64,000 bases of DNA. Origin: a bacterium (GTDB taxonomy: Bacteria > Bacillota_I > Bacilli_A > RFN20 > CAG-288). Position numbers and translations under genes: made by a program. Below are positions 18,475-27,852 of the stretch, in pieces (within the stretch, counting starts at the first letter, position 1; the number at the start of each line of letters is the position of its first letter). Location: contig CAVFFP010000002.1 of assembly GCA_963621825.1 (NCBI GenBank), forward strand, positions 80,816 to 144,815, in the 5' to 3' direction. Under the pieces are notes generated by a model, which saw only the letters and a list, made by a program, of their open reading frames with translations, made no database searches and was not told the DNA's origin.

Positions 18475-19598
18475 TTCTTCACTCCTTTCTTGGTAGTGTT
18501 CTTTGTTGTCTTCTTGTTTGTCTTCACTTCGCTTTCATCGCTGATTGGAGAGACAGGAACAAGGGATGTGCCGCTTCCTGTTGAAGAGAAGTAATACTTG
18601 TTCAGCATGTAGACAACATATTCCAGGGCTGAAAGAATCTTTTTATAATCCATTCGTTTCGGCCCGACAACAGCAATCTGATCTTTTCCGTTCACCGCCT
18701 TGGAGATGATCGCGAAGTCGCCTTTGTTTTCATTGGTGAATCCGACATTGCAGAAACCGAAGTTATCATTTTCCGATAAGTTCTTCTGAAGGCTAGTAGG
18801 GTCTTCTAAGGTTTCTACAGCGGAGAGGAACGAATTGATATCGTTGCTGAATTCCGGCAGATTCAGAAGATTCTTCTGTCCATACACCTGATAGTGCTTT
18901 TTCGTGAAGGACAGGAGCGTTTCCATAAATGCCTGAATGACGAGATCTCCTTCTTTTCCGAAGAGGGATGAAGCAATCGGCTTAAGCAACCTTGCTTTTT
19001 CCTCTAGTTCGGATATCGGTGTTCCGCTTAGTCTGTCATTGAGAAGGGAGACAGCATTCTTCAGTGTCTCATAGGAGTTAGCATTCTTGCTATCGATGAC
19101 GAATGTCTTCTTCTCGACATAGCCGGAATCCGTGATGAAGATTCCCATGGCCGAATTGTCAGAGAGCTTCAGAAGCTGAACGGAGACAAGTTTCTCATCG
19201 TTCGCTTTCGGTCCTAAGACAACCGTAGCCATCTTTGTCATCTCGGAGAGAATCTCGCAGGACTGGGAGAGAACATCCTCCACACTCTTGCTTTTGTTCT
19301 TCAGGATGTGCTGGAACTCTCTTTGGAATTCGATGTCGACTGTAGTCATCATCGAGGAGTTATCCAGTTTCTCAAGATAGTACTGATATCCTTTTGAAGA
19401 AGGTACACGACCGGAAGAGACATGTGTCTTTTCTAGGTATCCGTCTTTCTCCAATTCCGCCATCGCATTACGGATCGTGGCAGAAGAGCATTTGAGCTGA
19501 TACTTCTTAAGTAATGCCTCAGAGCCGACCGGCTGAGCGGTTCGGATGAACTCTTCAACGATGGCTTTTAAGATTTCTTCTTTTCTTTCCAGTTTCAT
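18471..19598 (-). CDS. hrcA: Heat-inducible transcription repressor HrcA (with unusual K-rich C-terminal tail)
   Basis: N-terminal winged-HTH ILKAIVEEFIRTAQPVGSEAL. A perfect RBS aaggagg precedes the ATG at 19598. The ORF-track TTG at 19619 lies inside the CIRCE element and is not preferred. Confidence 0.9.
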   Translation of the reverse strand: MKLERKEEILKAIVEEFIRTAQPVGSEALLKKYQLKCSSATIRNAMAELEKDGYLEKTHVSSGRVPSSKGYQYYLEKLDNSSMMTTVDIEFQREFQHILKNKSKSVEDVLSQSCEILSEMTKMATVVLGPKANDEKLVSVQLLKLSDNSAMGIFITDSGYVEKKTFVIDSKNANSYETLKNAVSLLNDRLSGTPISELEEKARLLKPIASSLFGKEGDLVIQAFMETLLSFTKKHYQVYGQKNLLNLPEFSNDINSFLSAVETLEDPTSLQKNLSENDNFGFCNVGFTNENKGDFAIISKAVNGKDQIAVVGPKRMDYKKILSALEYVVYMLNKYYFSSTGSGTSLVPVSPISDESEVKTNKKTTKNTTKKGVKK

Positions 19599-19608
19599 CC
19601 TAACCTCC

Positions 19609-19680
19609 TTAGCACTCAATCTCTCAAGTGCTATTGATATTATAGATAACTTTTTAGCAATTTCAAGTCTTGAGTGCTAA
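19609..19680 (-). promoter_or_regulatory. Two CIRCE-like operators flanking a sigma-A-type promoter of the hrcA operon
   Basis: Element 1 at 19609-19634: TTAGCACTC-N8-AAGTGCTAT. Element 2 at 19654-19680: TTAGCAATT-N9-GAGTGCTAA. The consensus is TTAGCACTC-N9-GAGTGCTAA. Minus-strand -10 TATAAT at 19639-19644 and -35 TTGAAA at 19661-19666 (16-nt spacing) lie between or overlap the elements. Confidence 0.7.
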
Positions 19681-19821
19681 TTTTTGAAATAATCGATTCT
19701 GAGCCGCTATATTATAAATAAGGATAGGAAGTTTCTTCTTGATACTATAAGTTAGTATAATCTAACTTTCAATTGATACCCTAATATTTCAATGATATAA
19801 TGGCTCTAAGAAGGTATTGTT

Positions 19822-20526
19822 ATGAAAAACAAAGATTTAGACTTTGACAGAAACTGTCATGTCATCTACTCCAAGACCTGTGAAAAAGTGATCCGCAATC
19901 GTATATCTATTCATTATCCTATGGAAGAGCAGGAAAACATGTGGACGAAAGTTCAGATGCAATATGTCTCTTATCTGAAAGATCTGAGAACAGATTTAGG
20001 TGGGAAAAAGAATTTTCATAACCGTGGTGCGGGCGGAACATACGATGGGATTGCTCTATTATCCTATTATTCCGTATGCAAGGACGTCACCTCGTTTGAA
20101 GAGATAGAGAAGATGGAAGAGGATATCGTACTTCCCAGGTTTCAAAGACTGCGTTTTGTCGATTTCAACAAGAGCATCTATAAAAAGCTCATGCATGCCG
20201 CTTTTGAGAAAACGAAAAAACAATGTGATAAATATAATGACTATAAAATGAAAGTGGACAGTTACAAGAAAGACAAGCCCTTATATTATGAATTCACTTC
20301 CTGTCCTCTTGCCGAGTTTGCAAAAGCACATGGGCTAACTGGTATCATGCCTGCTTTATGCAACGTAGATTATAAATGCATGGAAATCATGCATGCAAAA
20401 CTGATAAGAAAGACAACATGTGTCAACGGAGAGAGATGTGACTATATGATATGTCAGGATAAAGACAAGGAAATAGAAGAGCATCCAGAATATGTGGATT
20501 GTGAGGGCTATAGGAGGAATCGATAA
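19822..20526 (+). CDS. Cys-rich hypothetical protein, possibly related to the L-2-amino-thiazoline-4-carboxylic acid hydrolase-like family
   Basis: C-terminal cysteine cluster CNVDYKCMEIMHAKLIRKTTCVNGERCDYMICQD; the family assignment is from memory only. Confidence 0.5.
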   Translation: MKNKDLDFDRNCHVIYSKTCEKVIRNRISIHYPMEEQENMWTKVQMQYVSYLKDLRTDLGGKKNFHNRGAGGTYDGIALLSYYSVCKDVTSFEEIEKMEEDIVLPRFQRLRFVDFNKSIYKKLMHAAFEKTKKQCDKYNDYKMKVDSYKKDKPLYYEFTSCPLAEFAKAHGLTGIMPALCNVDYKCMEIMHAKLIRKTTCVNGERCDYMICQDKDKEIEEHPEYVDCEGYRRNR

Positions 20527-21296
20527 TGATATTTGAAACATGTGGACAAAAAGGAAAACCGGTCATCCTGTTTTTCCATGCGATGGGAGTTGTAGGCTCT
20601 AGCAGCACGAGAATAGCAGAAAATCTGAAAGAGGATTATTTCTCTATTATGCCAACTTCTACCGTTTACTGTCACAATCAAAAGTATATATCCAAAGAAG
20701 AGGAAATACGGCAAGTCGAAAATTATCTAGATAAAGAAGGAGTAACAGATATCGCATTAGTCTGTGCCTCCTCACTCGGTGCAGACATTGCAATGTCTTT
20801 TCTGTCTTCCACAAAAAGAAAGATAGGACATGTCTTTATCGATGGTGGACAATACGCACAGATCAATAAATTCACGCGCCGTATCATGACTCCATTCCTC
20901 TATTTTGCAATCAGAAGCCTATATAAAAAGAACGGAGAGAATCTAGGAAAGATCCTCTGGTGCGATGATAAAAAACTGAGGCCTTATTTTGTCCAAGCCG
21001 GAAAAGAACTGAAATACAATAACCTAAGAAGGCAGCTGTCTGATAGTTTGGTAAATAAACCATTTCCGATATTAACTCCTGAATTGCAAAAACATTGTTT
21101 TATCGAATTTGGAAGCATAGAAGAACACTTCAAATATCGAGATGCTGTTATGAAAGCATATCCGTATGCTCATTTTCCAATCTTTGAAAACTATAATCAT
21201 ATGCAGTATCAGATTCAAGATCAAAAAGGCTTTGCAGAGATGATAGACTACATCATCAAAAACGATAGCATGCCTGATTTACCGTTCTTGAAGTAA
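20526..21296 (+). CDS. Alpha/beta-hydrolase fold protein
   Basis: PVILFFHAMG N-terminus and the nucleophile elbow ASSLG (AxSxG). Start overlaps the upstream stop (ATAATGA). Confidence 0.7.
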   Translation: MIFETCGQKGKPVILFFHAMGVVGSSSTRIAENLKEDYFSIMPTSTVYCHNQKYISKEEEIRQVENYLDKEGVTDIALVCASSLGADIAMSFLSSTKRKIGHVFIDGGQYAQINKFTRRIMTPFLYFAIRSLYKKNGENLGKILWCDDKKLRPYFVQAGKELKYNNLRRQLSDSLVNKPFPILTPELQKHCFIEFGSIEEHFKYRDAVMKAYPYAHFPIFENYNHMQYQIQDQKGFAEMIDYIIKNDSMPDLPFLK

Positions 21297-21297
21297 A

Positions 21298-22644
21298 TCA
21301 TTCAAACTTAAAAGTCGAAAGGAAATCTTTGATAAGGAAAGCGCAGAAGTGAGGGAAAGTGCAGATATTAGAATCGAAGCCAATATTCCCTTTGACAATC
21401 TTTATTCCGAAGCGGATTTCGGGATAGTTTTTACTCTTTATTAAAGTGGAAAGAGATTTGGAATTATTATTTCCCGCTTTAACTTCTATCGGCACTAGAC
21501 AGTCCTTGTATCGAACAAAGAATTCTTCCTGGAGAGTCGAATTCTCTTTTTTGTAATAGCGGAGATCGTAACCGGATTTCACAAGAGCTTCCCCAACGAT
21601 GCTTTCAAATAATCCTCCTTTATAGACATCAAGGTTCTTATTCTGACGAAAATCCATCTGTGCTTCATCATCGAGCTGTGAAAGAAGCAAACCGTTATCC
21701 GCATAATAAAGAATGCAGCAACCCTCCATGACATTGCCCTTGAGAGGAAGGTTGGGAGTCTGTAAAGCTCTGCTGATATTGATGATGCCTGCGTCCTCAA
21801 GCCATTCGAGTGAGCCTCGGTAATCAGAGAACCTTGCACCGGAACGAACCTTCGAAATTTGGAATTTCTTGTTTTCTTTTCCTAATTGAAATGGAACAGA
21901 GCGGAACACATTGGCAACGCGTGACTTGTCCAGGCCTAGCGCATACTTTCTAATATCAGCTTCATAGCCTATTACTATCTGGCGTTGAATCTCTAACGTA
22001 TTTTCAAACGTCTTCTTTGTTACGAAATCTTTAACTGCTTCCGGCATACCGCCGACAATACAATAATCTAAAAACAGGTTATCATAAATTTTAAGAACAG
22101 AAGGGGAAAAAGGTGTGAAAGATTGCATATGAGACAAGATATCATCCTTGATAGAATCATCATATCCTTCCGCCCAGATAAATTCTTCAAAATCTAATGA
22201 TTTCAGTTCAATTTCCGTTTTATATCCTACACTGATACTTGAAATCTCTTTGTAATGAACACCGAGCAATGAGCCACTGCATATCACATCATAGTTCCCA
22301 TCGAGTGAAAAGAATTTTAACGATGTCACAATATCCGGAAATTCCTGAACCTCATCAAAAAAGATGAGTGTTTTTCCTTTTATGAACCTAGCGCTTGAGT
22401 TGATGCGTGATATGTTTTTGATGATAGCATCCACCGAATAGCCATTCTCAACGATTTGCTTGTAGATAGGATCCTCTACAAAATTGATTGTGATGATGCT
22501 TTCGTAATTGTTTCTAGCAAAGAATTCAATCGATTTTGTTTTGCCGACCTGTCTGGCCCCTTTTACAATAAGAGGCTTTCTATCAGGATTATTTTTCCAA
22601 TCGATAAAGTATTTATCTATCTTTCTTTTCAAATATTCGGTCAT
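21298..22644 (-). CDS. AAA+ ATPase of the DUF4143 / COG1373 family (paralog 2)
   Basis: Walker A KGARQVGKT and Walker B IFFDEVQ. The C-terminal PIEVKAG is reminiscent of PD-(D/E)xK. RBS agggaggtaa. Confidence 0.85.
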   Translation of the reverse strand: MTEYLKRKIDKYFIDWKNNPDRKPLIVKGARQVGKTKSIEFFARNNYESIITINFVEDPIYKQIVENGYSVDAIIKNISRINSSARFIKGKTLIFFDEVQEFPDIVTSLKFFSLDGNYDVICSGSLLGVHYKEISSISVGYKTEIELKSLDFEEFIWAEGYDDSIKDDILSHMQSFTPFSPSVLKIYDNLFLDYCIVGGMPEAVKDFVTKKTFENTLEIQRQIVIGYEADIRKYALGLDKSRVANVFRSVPFQLGKENKKFQISKVRSGARFSDYRGSLEWLEDAGIINISRALQTPNLPLKGNVMEGCCILYYADNGLLLSQLDDEAQMDFRQNKNLDVYKGGLFESIVGEALVKSGYDLRYYKKENSTLQEEFFVRYKDCLVPIEVKAGNNNSKSLSTLIKSKNYPEIRFGIKIVKGNIGFDSNICTFPHFCAFLIKDFLSTFKFE

Positions 22645-22705
22645 AATCTATTACCTCCCTTTGAATATATTATATTCTATCCAGTCTGTAAATATAAGGT
22701 GAATC

Positions 22706-22803
22706 GCAAAAAATGAGGGAGTTTTATCTCCACTTCTACAAAAAAATGAGCCACTTTTATAGTCAATTCTACAAAAAAATGAGGCACTTCATCATAAACA
22801 GCA
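22706..22803. repeat. Three tandem units of about 34 bp upstream of the paralog-2 ATPase promoter
   Basis: Unit 1 gcaaaaaatgagggagttttatctccacttctac. Unit 2 aaaaaaaatgagccacttttatagtcaattctac. Unit 3 aaaaaaatgaggcacttcatcataaacagc. Confidence 0.5.
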
Positions 22804-22884
22804 TTTTTTCTTTGTCTATCACATCTAGAAAATTAGCAACTTTTTAGATTGTTTTCTTAAAAATAGCAATTATGCATCAAAAAA

Positions 22885-22903
22885 GCGCAGATTTCTCTGC
22901 GCC
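22885..22903 (-). terminator. trmB terminator hairpin
   Basis: Minus strand reads ggcgcagag-aaat-ctgcgc followed by ttttttga. Confidence 0.55.
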
Positions 22904-22909
22904 GTTTTA

Positions 22910-23542
22910 TTATTTCTTTTTCGGATGAGCGATGAGAAGATGAATATCGACACCTTTCTCACGGAATTTTGTCTCATATTCCGTCTTAGGAAGATAGTCG
23001 ACCTTCTCGGAATAGAAGGGTTCAATAACTTCAAAATAAAAGAGATCAGAAGTCTTGAAGTACTCAACTGTATCTTCAAATAAGAGAGCGTTATCCGTTC
23101 TGAAGTACAGCGTTCCGTCTTCTTTCAGGATACGGATATATTCTTTCAGCATTGTCGGATAGCTAAGTCTTCTATGCTGTTGTTTTTTCTTCGGCCACGG
23201 ATCGGGGAAATTGATATAGATATTATCCAACTGATGATCCTGGATAAGCGGGAAGATTCTTTCAATCGGAGAATTAAGAAGGAGGAAGTTTTTCTGGGTG
23301 TCTTTGACTAAGGCAGCTTTTTTGACTGCAGTAGCAAAAGCGTTACGATTGATTTCCACTCCGAGATATTTGTTTTCCGGATGGAGTGCAGAGATCCCAA
23401 GAAGGAATCCTCCGCAACCAGAACCGATTTCGAGATTCGGGAAATTCTTGACTTCTTCCGGATCAAAATCCGAAAGGTTTCTTCCGATGTCCTTATTCTC
23501 TTCCAGGACAGCATCGGACCATTTGCGATGTCTCAGTCTCAT
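22910..23542 (-). CDS. trmB: tRNA (guanine46-N7)-methyltransferase
   Basis: LEIGSGCGGFLLGISALHPENKYLGVEI SAM-binding motif; length 210 aa. Confidence 0.9.
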   Translation of the reverse strand: MRLRHRKWSDAVLEENKDIGRNLSDFDPEEVKNFPNLEIGSGCGGFLLGISALHPENKYLGVEINRNAFATAVKKAALVKDTQKNFLLLNSPIERIFPLIQDHQLDNIYINFPDPWPKKKQQHRRLSYPTMLKEYIRILKEDGTLYFRTDNALLFEDTVEYFKTSDLFYFEVIEPFYSEKVDYLPKTEYETKFREKGVDIHLLIAHPKKK

Positions 23543-23543
23543 A

Positions 23544-24965
23544 TCAGAAAGGCTTCTTTCCTGATCTCAGATACTCCGAGAGATCATAAATGGCATGAGC
23601 ATAAATCTGCATGTTGTCATAGAAGTCAGAGAGAGGGAAGAATTCATCATTGCCGTGCATACGGTAATCTCTTCCGATGAACTGAGCACCGAAAGCGACA
23701 GAGTTCTTACTTTCACGGGCATAGGTTCCACCGCCGATAGCAAGAGGCTTAGAGAGAGTATCTCCAGTCTCTTTTTGATACGCGTTAAGAAGGAGACGGA
23801 CAAAATCGGAATTCGGATCCGCGACAAAGCCATCGCTTCCACCCAACTTGGTCAACTTTGCTTTCGTTCCTTTTTCGACAAAGGCAAGGACATCATCACT
23901 AGACATCGAGGCCGGGAATCTCAGATTGACAAAGAGAGAAAGTTTTCCATTCTGATAGGAGATTCTTCCGACATTATAGGAAGTCTCACTGAAATCCTTA
24001 TCTTTGAAGTTTCCATGGAAGGCTTCTCCCATTCCATCCTCATAGTTTCTGAAGATGGTAAGAAGAGTATCGTTATGATAGAACTCACCAAGGAAGTTCA
24101 GAAGATGAAGTCCGGCGTTGACACCATTCCAAGGCATAGAACCATGATATGGTTTTCCAAACATTGTAAGCTTGCCATTCTTGAACTCGCCTTTGACAAC
24201 CTTGTTCTTGTCAAGGTATTCAGCAAGAGCAGCACTGACTTTCTCTTCTTCATCATCAATTGTGCAGCTAGCTTCCGCCAAAACGATGTTCAAAGCGGCA
24301 CCGAGTGAGAAATCTCTGACATGTTCTAAAGAGATGTCATAGTCTGCTTCATAGGCATAAATAGATTTTTCGGCATAAATTAGAGGATAATCGGCATCAG
24401 GAGAAATACCGAGAGTCGGATACTCTTTCTTCATGGTGTGGAAATAGTGTTCCAAGCAGAGAGAATCATTTTCTTCATTTCCGCCAAAGAGGAAACGAAG
24501 TTTGTATCCGCCTAACATCTTGTTGTCCATCAACGCTTTGACCGCATATAAACAGGCAAGGGCCGGTCCTTTATCATCGCTAGAGCCTCTTCCGTACATT
24601 GTGTTTCCGTCTTCCAAGGTAAGCGCAAAAGGATCATGAACCCACTTTTCTCTATCGACAGGTACAACATCACAATGTCCGTAGACATCAAGGATCTTGT
24701 CGCCTTCGCCATAAGTAAGCTCTGTGACATAGTTATCACAACGGTCTACTTCAAAGCCGAGCTTCTTTCCTAATTCTGCGACATAGCTAAGAGCATCCTC
24801 AACGCCTTTTCCAAAAGGCATGGTCTCGCTCTTTGTCTTTGGATCCAAAACAGAAGGGATGCTAACCAATTCCTTCCAGGCCTTCAGCGCTTCTTCTTTG
24901 TACGGAGCAACCAGTTTCTTGAACTCCGTATCATTCATCTTCATCGGTTCTGCATTTTCTTTCAT
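23544..24965 (-). CDS. pepV: M20-family dipeptidase (PepV / Sapep-like)
   Basis: VYGHCDVVPV metal-binding motif; 473 aa. Confidence 0.85.
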   Translation of the reverse strand: MKENAEPMKMNDTEFKKLVAPYKEEALKAWKELVSIPSVLDPKTKSETMPFGKGVEDALSYVAELGKKLGFEVDRCDNYVTELTYGEGDKILDVYGHCDVVPVDREKWVHDPFALTLEDGNTMYGRGSSDDKGPALACLYAVKALMDNKMLGGYKLRFLFGGNEENDSLCLEHYFHTMKKEYPTLGISPDADYPLIYAEKSIYAYEADYDISLEHVRDFSLGAALNIVLAEASCTIDDEEEKVSAALAEYLDKNKVVKGEFKNGKLTMFGKPYHGSMPWNGVNAGLHLLNFLGEFYHNDTLLTIFRNYEDGMGEAFHGNFKDKDFSETSYNVGRISYQNGKLSLFVNLRFPASMSSDDVLAFVEKGTKAKLTKLGGSDGFVADPNSDFVRLLLNAYQKETGDTLSKPLAIGGGTYARESKNSVAFGAQFIGRDYRMHGNDEFFPLSDFYDNMQIYAHAIYDLSEYLRSGKKPF

Positions 24966-24968
24966 GTC

Positions 24969-25775
24969 TCATCGCTTCCTTTCTAAAATCGATACATCAT
25001 GTCCGCTGATCTTAACTAATCCTTTTAAAGTATGGCCAAGGTCATAGACGAAATCATCACTCATCCATGTCTTCAGATGATCTTTTATCAAATAGGCATT
25101 CCCGCCCGTCAATACCACTTCCGATTCTGGATTCTTATACTCTGTCTTGATGGCTTTCACCATTCCAGAAATCAAGGAGGAGACTCCGTTGATGACTCCG
25201 GAAGAGATACACTCTTCTGTCTTCAAAGAGACAAGAGGAGGATTAGTCAGAATCGGTGAATTCTTTAATAAATCCGTTTTGGAATGGAGAATCTCCGGGA
25301 AGGAGGCAAGACCTGGGAAGATCTGGCATCCCCGGAAATAGGAATCTTTATCCAGATAGAGGATCTTGCTCGCTGTTCCTAAGTCTATGACAATCATTCC
25401 TTTTGAATGACTGTTTTTGACGATATCGCAGAAGAGGTCACTTCCGAGAATATCGATGTTATCCACTTTGATATCATTGTCTTTCGCGTATTTCATCATC
25501 GTATCCGCATCAAGAGTATGTAGTACACATGAGGGAAAATAAGTGTTCAATGCGTCTTTCAGATTCAGTAATCCTGCGTAGTTGACTGAGGAAACATACG
25601 CTTCAGAAAGGTTTTTCTGTTTTTCTACAAAAGCAAAGATATTCTTCCTTGAGCGTGTGTCTACTTTCTCAATGGAATATTCATTCTGATTCAGCAGAAG
25701 AAAATCGATGGTGGAATTTCCGATATCGGCATATAGAATAGCTGGATTCTCGTTAACAGATAGATTGTTTGACAT
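24969..25775 (-). CDS. coaX: Type III pantothenate kinase
   Basis: N-terminal ILYADIGNSTIDF (the DxGNT motif of the ASKHA fold). Confidence 0.85.
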   Translation of the reverse strand: MSNNLSVNENPAILYADIGNSTIDFLLLNQNEYSIEKVDTRSRKNIFAFVEKQKNLSEAYVSSVNYAGLLNLKDALNTYFPSCVLHTLDADTMMKYAKDNDIKVDNIDILGSDLFCDIVKNSHSKGMIVIDLGTASKILYLDKDSYFRGCQIFPGLASFPEILHSKTDLLKNSPILTNPPLVSLKTEECISSGVINGVSSLISGMVKAIKTEYKNPESEVVLTGGNAYLIKDHLKTWMSDDFVYDLGHTLKGLVKISGHDVSILERKR

Positions 25776-25833
25776 AGCCTCAACATTATAACATGATACG
25801 TTTTCAGTCTAAATCAAATTGATAAAACAATCC

Positions 25834-27852
25834 TTACACTTTGATGGTAATACTACCCTCTTTGTCTGTTCTTCGGTATGGAATCGATAGCGCATCTAAC
25901 GTTATCGTTGTCTCTTTATGCGGATGACCGTATTTGTTGTTCTCTCCACAAGAGATGACAGCTAATGACGGATTCAATGACTGAAGAAAAGAGAAATCAC
26001 TGGATGTATTGGAGCCATGGTGACCAATTTTGATGACGTCTGTTTTCAACTCCGGATTTTCTTTTCCTATTTTCCTTTCCACCTCTTTCGGTGCATCACC
26101 CATGATTAGAAAAGATTTATCTTTGATTGTGAAAGAATAAACACCAGAGCGATAATTATTGTCCTCTTTCTCGGAATAATCCCAGATGTTATAGTTTTGA
26201 ATGACAAGACCTTCCACATTAAGAGTATTGTTCTCCGATAACATAAAGTCATCTCTGGCATATACTTTTCTAACCATGAATTCTTTTTCTAGACTTTCTA
26301 ACGCACCATTATGATCCAAATCGGAATGCGTAATGATGACAGCATCCAGCGAATTTATTTTCCGTTTTCTAAAGTAAGGAACAAGGCATTCTTTTGCAAG
26401 GTCTATATTTTTCTTTCCGCCAGTATCGATTAAGATATTCTTTCTTCCGTAACGAACCAAAGTAGAGTCTCCTTGATCGACATCGATAAAGGTGACCTCA
26501 TAATGAAAGGTAAAGTCCGGAACAAATAGAACTGAGGTCAATAATGCAAGACTTACCGATACAATCTTCCCTTGTTTTACATAGTGATAGCCTTTCAGCA
26601 CCTCAATGAAGATATAAATGAGATAATAGAGAAGGAATATAACTAAAGATATCTTTCCGCTGACGATATAGAAATCACTGCCTTGAATCTTATCGGATAT
26701 CAAGACAAGAAAAGAACATAACGGATTGATGAGATAAGAAATCTGAGGAAGAATGATCAAAAGGAGAGACAAGAGAAAAAGAACATGCGAATACGGAATC
26801 AAAAGAAACGAAAAAGCAAAGGAAAGAAAGGAGAGATATCCGTCCTGAATCAAGTGATAGGGTAAGTAAAAACTCTGAATTCGAAGGAAGAAAGAAAATG
26901 GATTCTCTCCCTTCTTTTTCTTCTTGCGTGGAAAAATCGCCAAAAGAAAGAGAAACGGAATCGCATAATAAAACGATGCGCTAAGCAAAGAGTACGGCTC
27001 AACAAGAAGCATGATGATAGCTGTTATCGATACACGCGTCAGATAATTTATTCTCTTTGCTTTAAAACCGGAGACAATCTTTAATAGAGAAAGCAATGTC
27101 AGTCTTCTCATTGTATAGGAAAAAGAAGAAAGATAACAAAAGAAGAATAATATAACAATTTCAATATATTGAGAGAGTTTCTTTTTCTTTTCTCCTAGTG
27201 TCTTCTCTAAAATACGAAAAGAAAAAGATAGATGAAATCCAGAAAGAGAAAAGAGGTTCAACACTCCTAATCCGTTTAACGAAGACAAAGACTCTTCCGA
27301 GTAAAGACTATCCTGAAAAAGAAAAGATTCGATAAACGGACGAGAGATATCATTGGAATATAGAAGAATGTAATCCTTGATCGGATTCTTCTTTCCTAAC
27401 AAGGTGAATGATGTCGTATAGCTAGTCAGTTTCAGTTCAGCAAAAACACCCTGACTTTTCAGATATTCCTGAAACGAGAATCCAGATTCATAGTGCGAAA
27501 ACGATAGAGTGGATAATTCCCCTTCCATATGAATCACAGCTAGAAACGGAATCGTATTATCCTTCACCGGCACATAGAATCTACCTTTCAGTGTGAGAAC
27601 AAGGAAGTAATTTTCCTTGCTTTTTATCACTACTCCATAAGTGTTTATACTTCCCTGATTTGCTTTTGGATAAAGAAGAACAAGAAGAAAGAACAAGAGC
27701 AGAAAGGAAAGATAAACAAGAATCTGTTTCCTCCTCTTTTTATAAAAGAATAGATAGAGGAGAAGCGGAAGAGCAAGAAGAAAATACCAATAAGAGAAAA
27801 TGCCAGAAAGAAGTCCAATCAGCGAAAAAAGAAAACAGAAGAAAGCCCTCAT
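25834..27852 (-). CDS. comEC: DNA internalization competence protein ComEC/Rec2 with C-terminal metallo-beta-lactamase domain
   Basis: Polytopic membrane N-domain. C-terminal DVDQGDSTLV...IITHSDLDHNGAL MBL motif. Confidence 0.85.
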   Translation of the reverse strand: MRAFFCFLFSLIGLLSGIFSYWYFLLALPLLLYLFFYKKRRKQILVYLSFLLLFFLLVLLYPKANQGSINTYGVVIKSKENYFLVLTLKGRFYVPVKDNTIPFLAVIHMEGELSTLSFSHYESGFSFQEYLKSQGVFAELKLTSYTTSFTLLGKKNPIKDYILLYSNDISRPFIESFLFQDSLYSEESLSSLNGLGVLNLFSLSGFHLSFSFRILEKTLGEKKKKLSQYIEIVILFFFCYLSSFSYTMRRLTLLSLLKIVSGFKAKRINYLTRVSITAIIMLLVEPYSLLSASFYYAIPFLFLLAIFPRKKKKKGENPFSFFLRIQSFYLPYHLIQDGYLSFLSFAFSFLLIPYSHVLFLLSLLLIILPQISYLINPLCSFLVLISDKIQGSDFYIVSGKISLVIFLLYYLIYIFIEVLKGYHYVKQGKIVSVSLALLTSVLFVPDFTFHYEVTFIDVDQGDSTLVRYGRKNILIDTGGKKNIDLAKECLVPYFRKRKINSLDAVIITHSDLDHNGALESLEKEFMVRKVYARDDFMLSENNTLNVEGLVIQNYNIWDYSEKEDNNYRSGVYSFTIKDKSFLIMGDAPKEVERKIGKENPELKTDVIKIGHHGSNTSSDFSFLQSLNPSLAVISCGENNKYGHPHKETTITLDALSIPYRRTDKEGSITIKV

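Noticed and set aside
19617-19619. TTG start codon for hrcA implied by the ORF track
   Set aside because: It lies inside the CIRCE palindrome and lacks an RBS. The ATG at 19598 has a perfect aaggagg 7 nt upstream.
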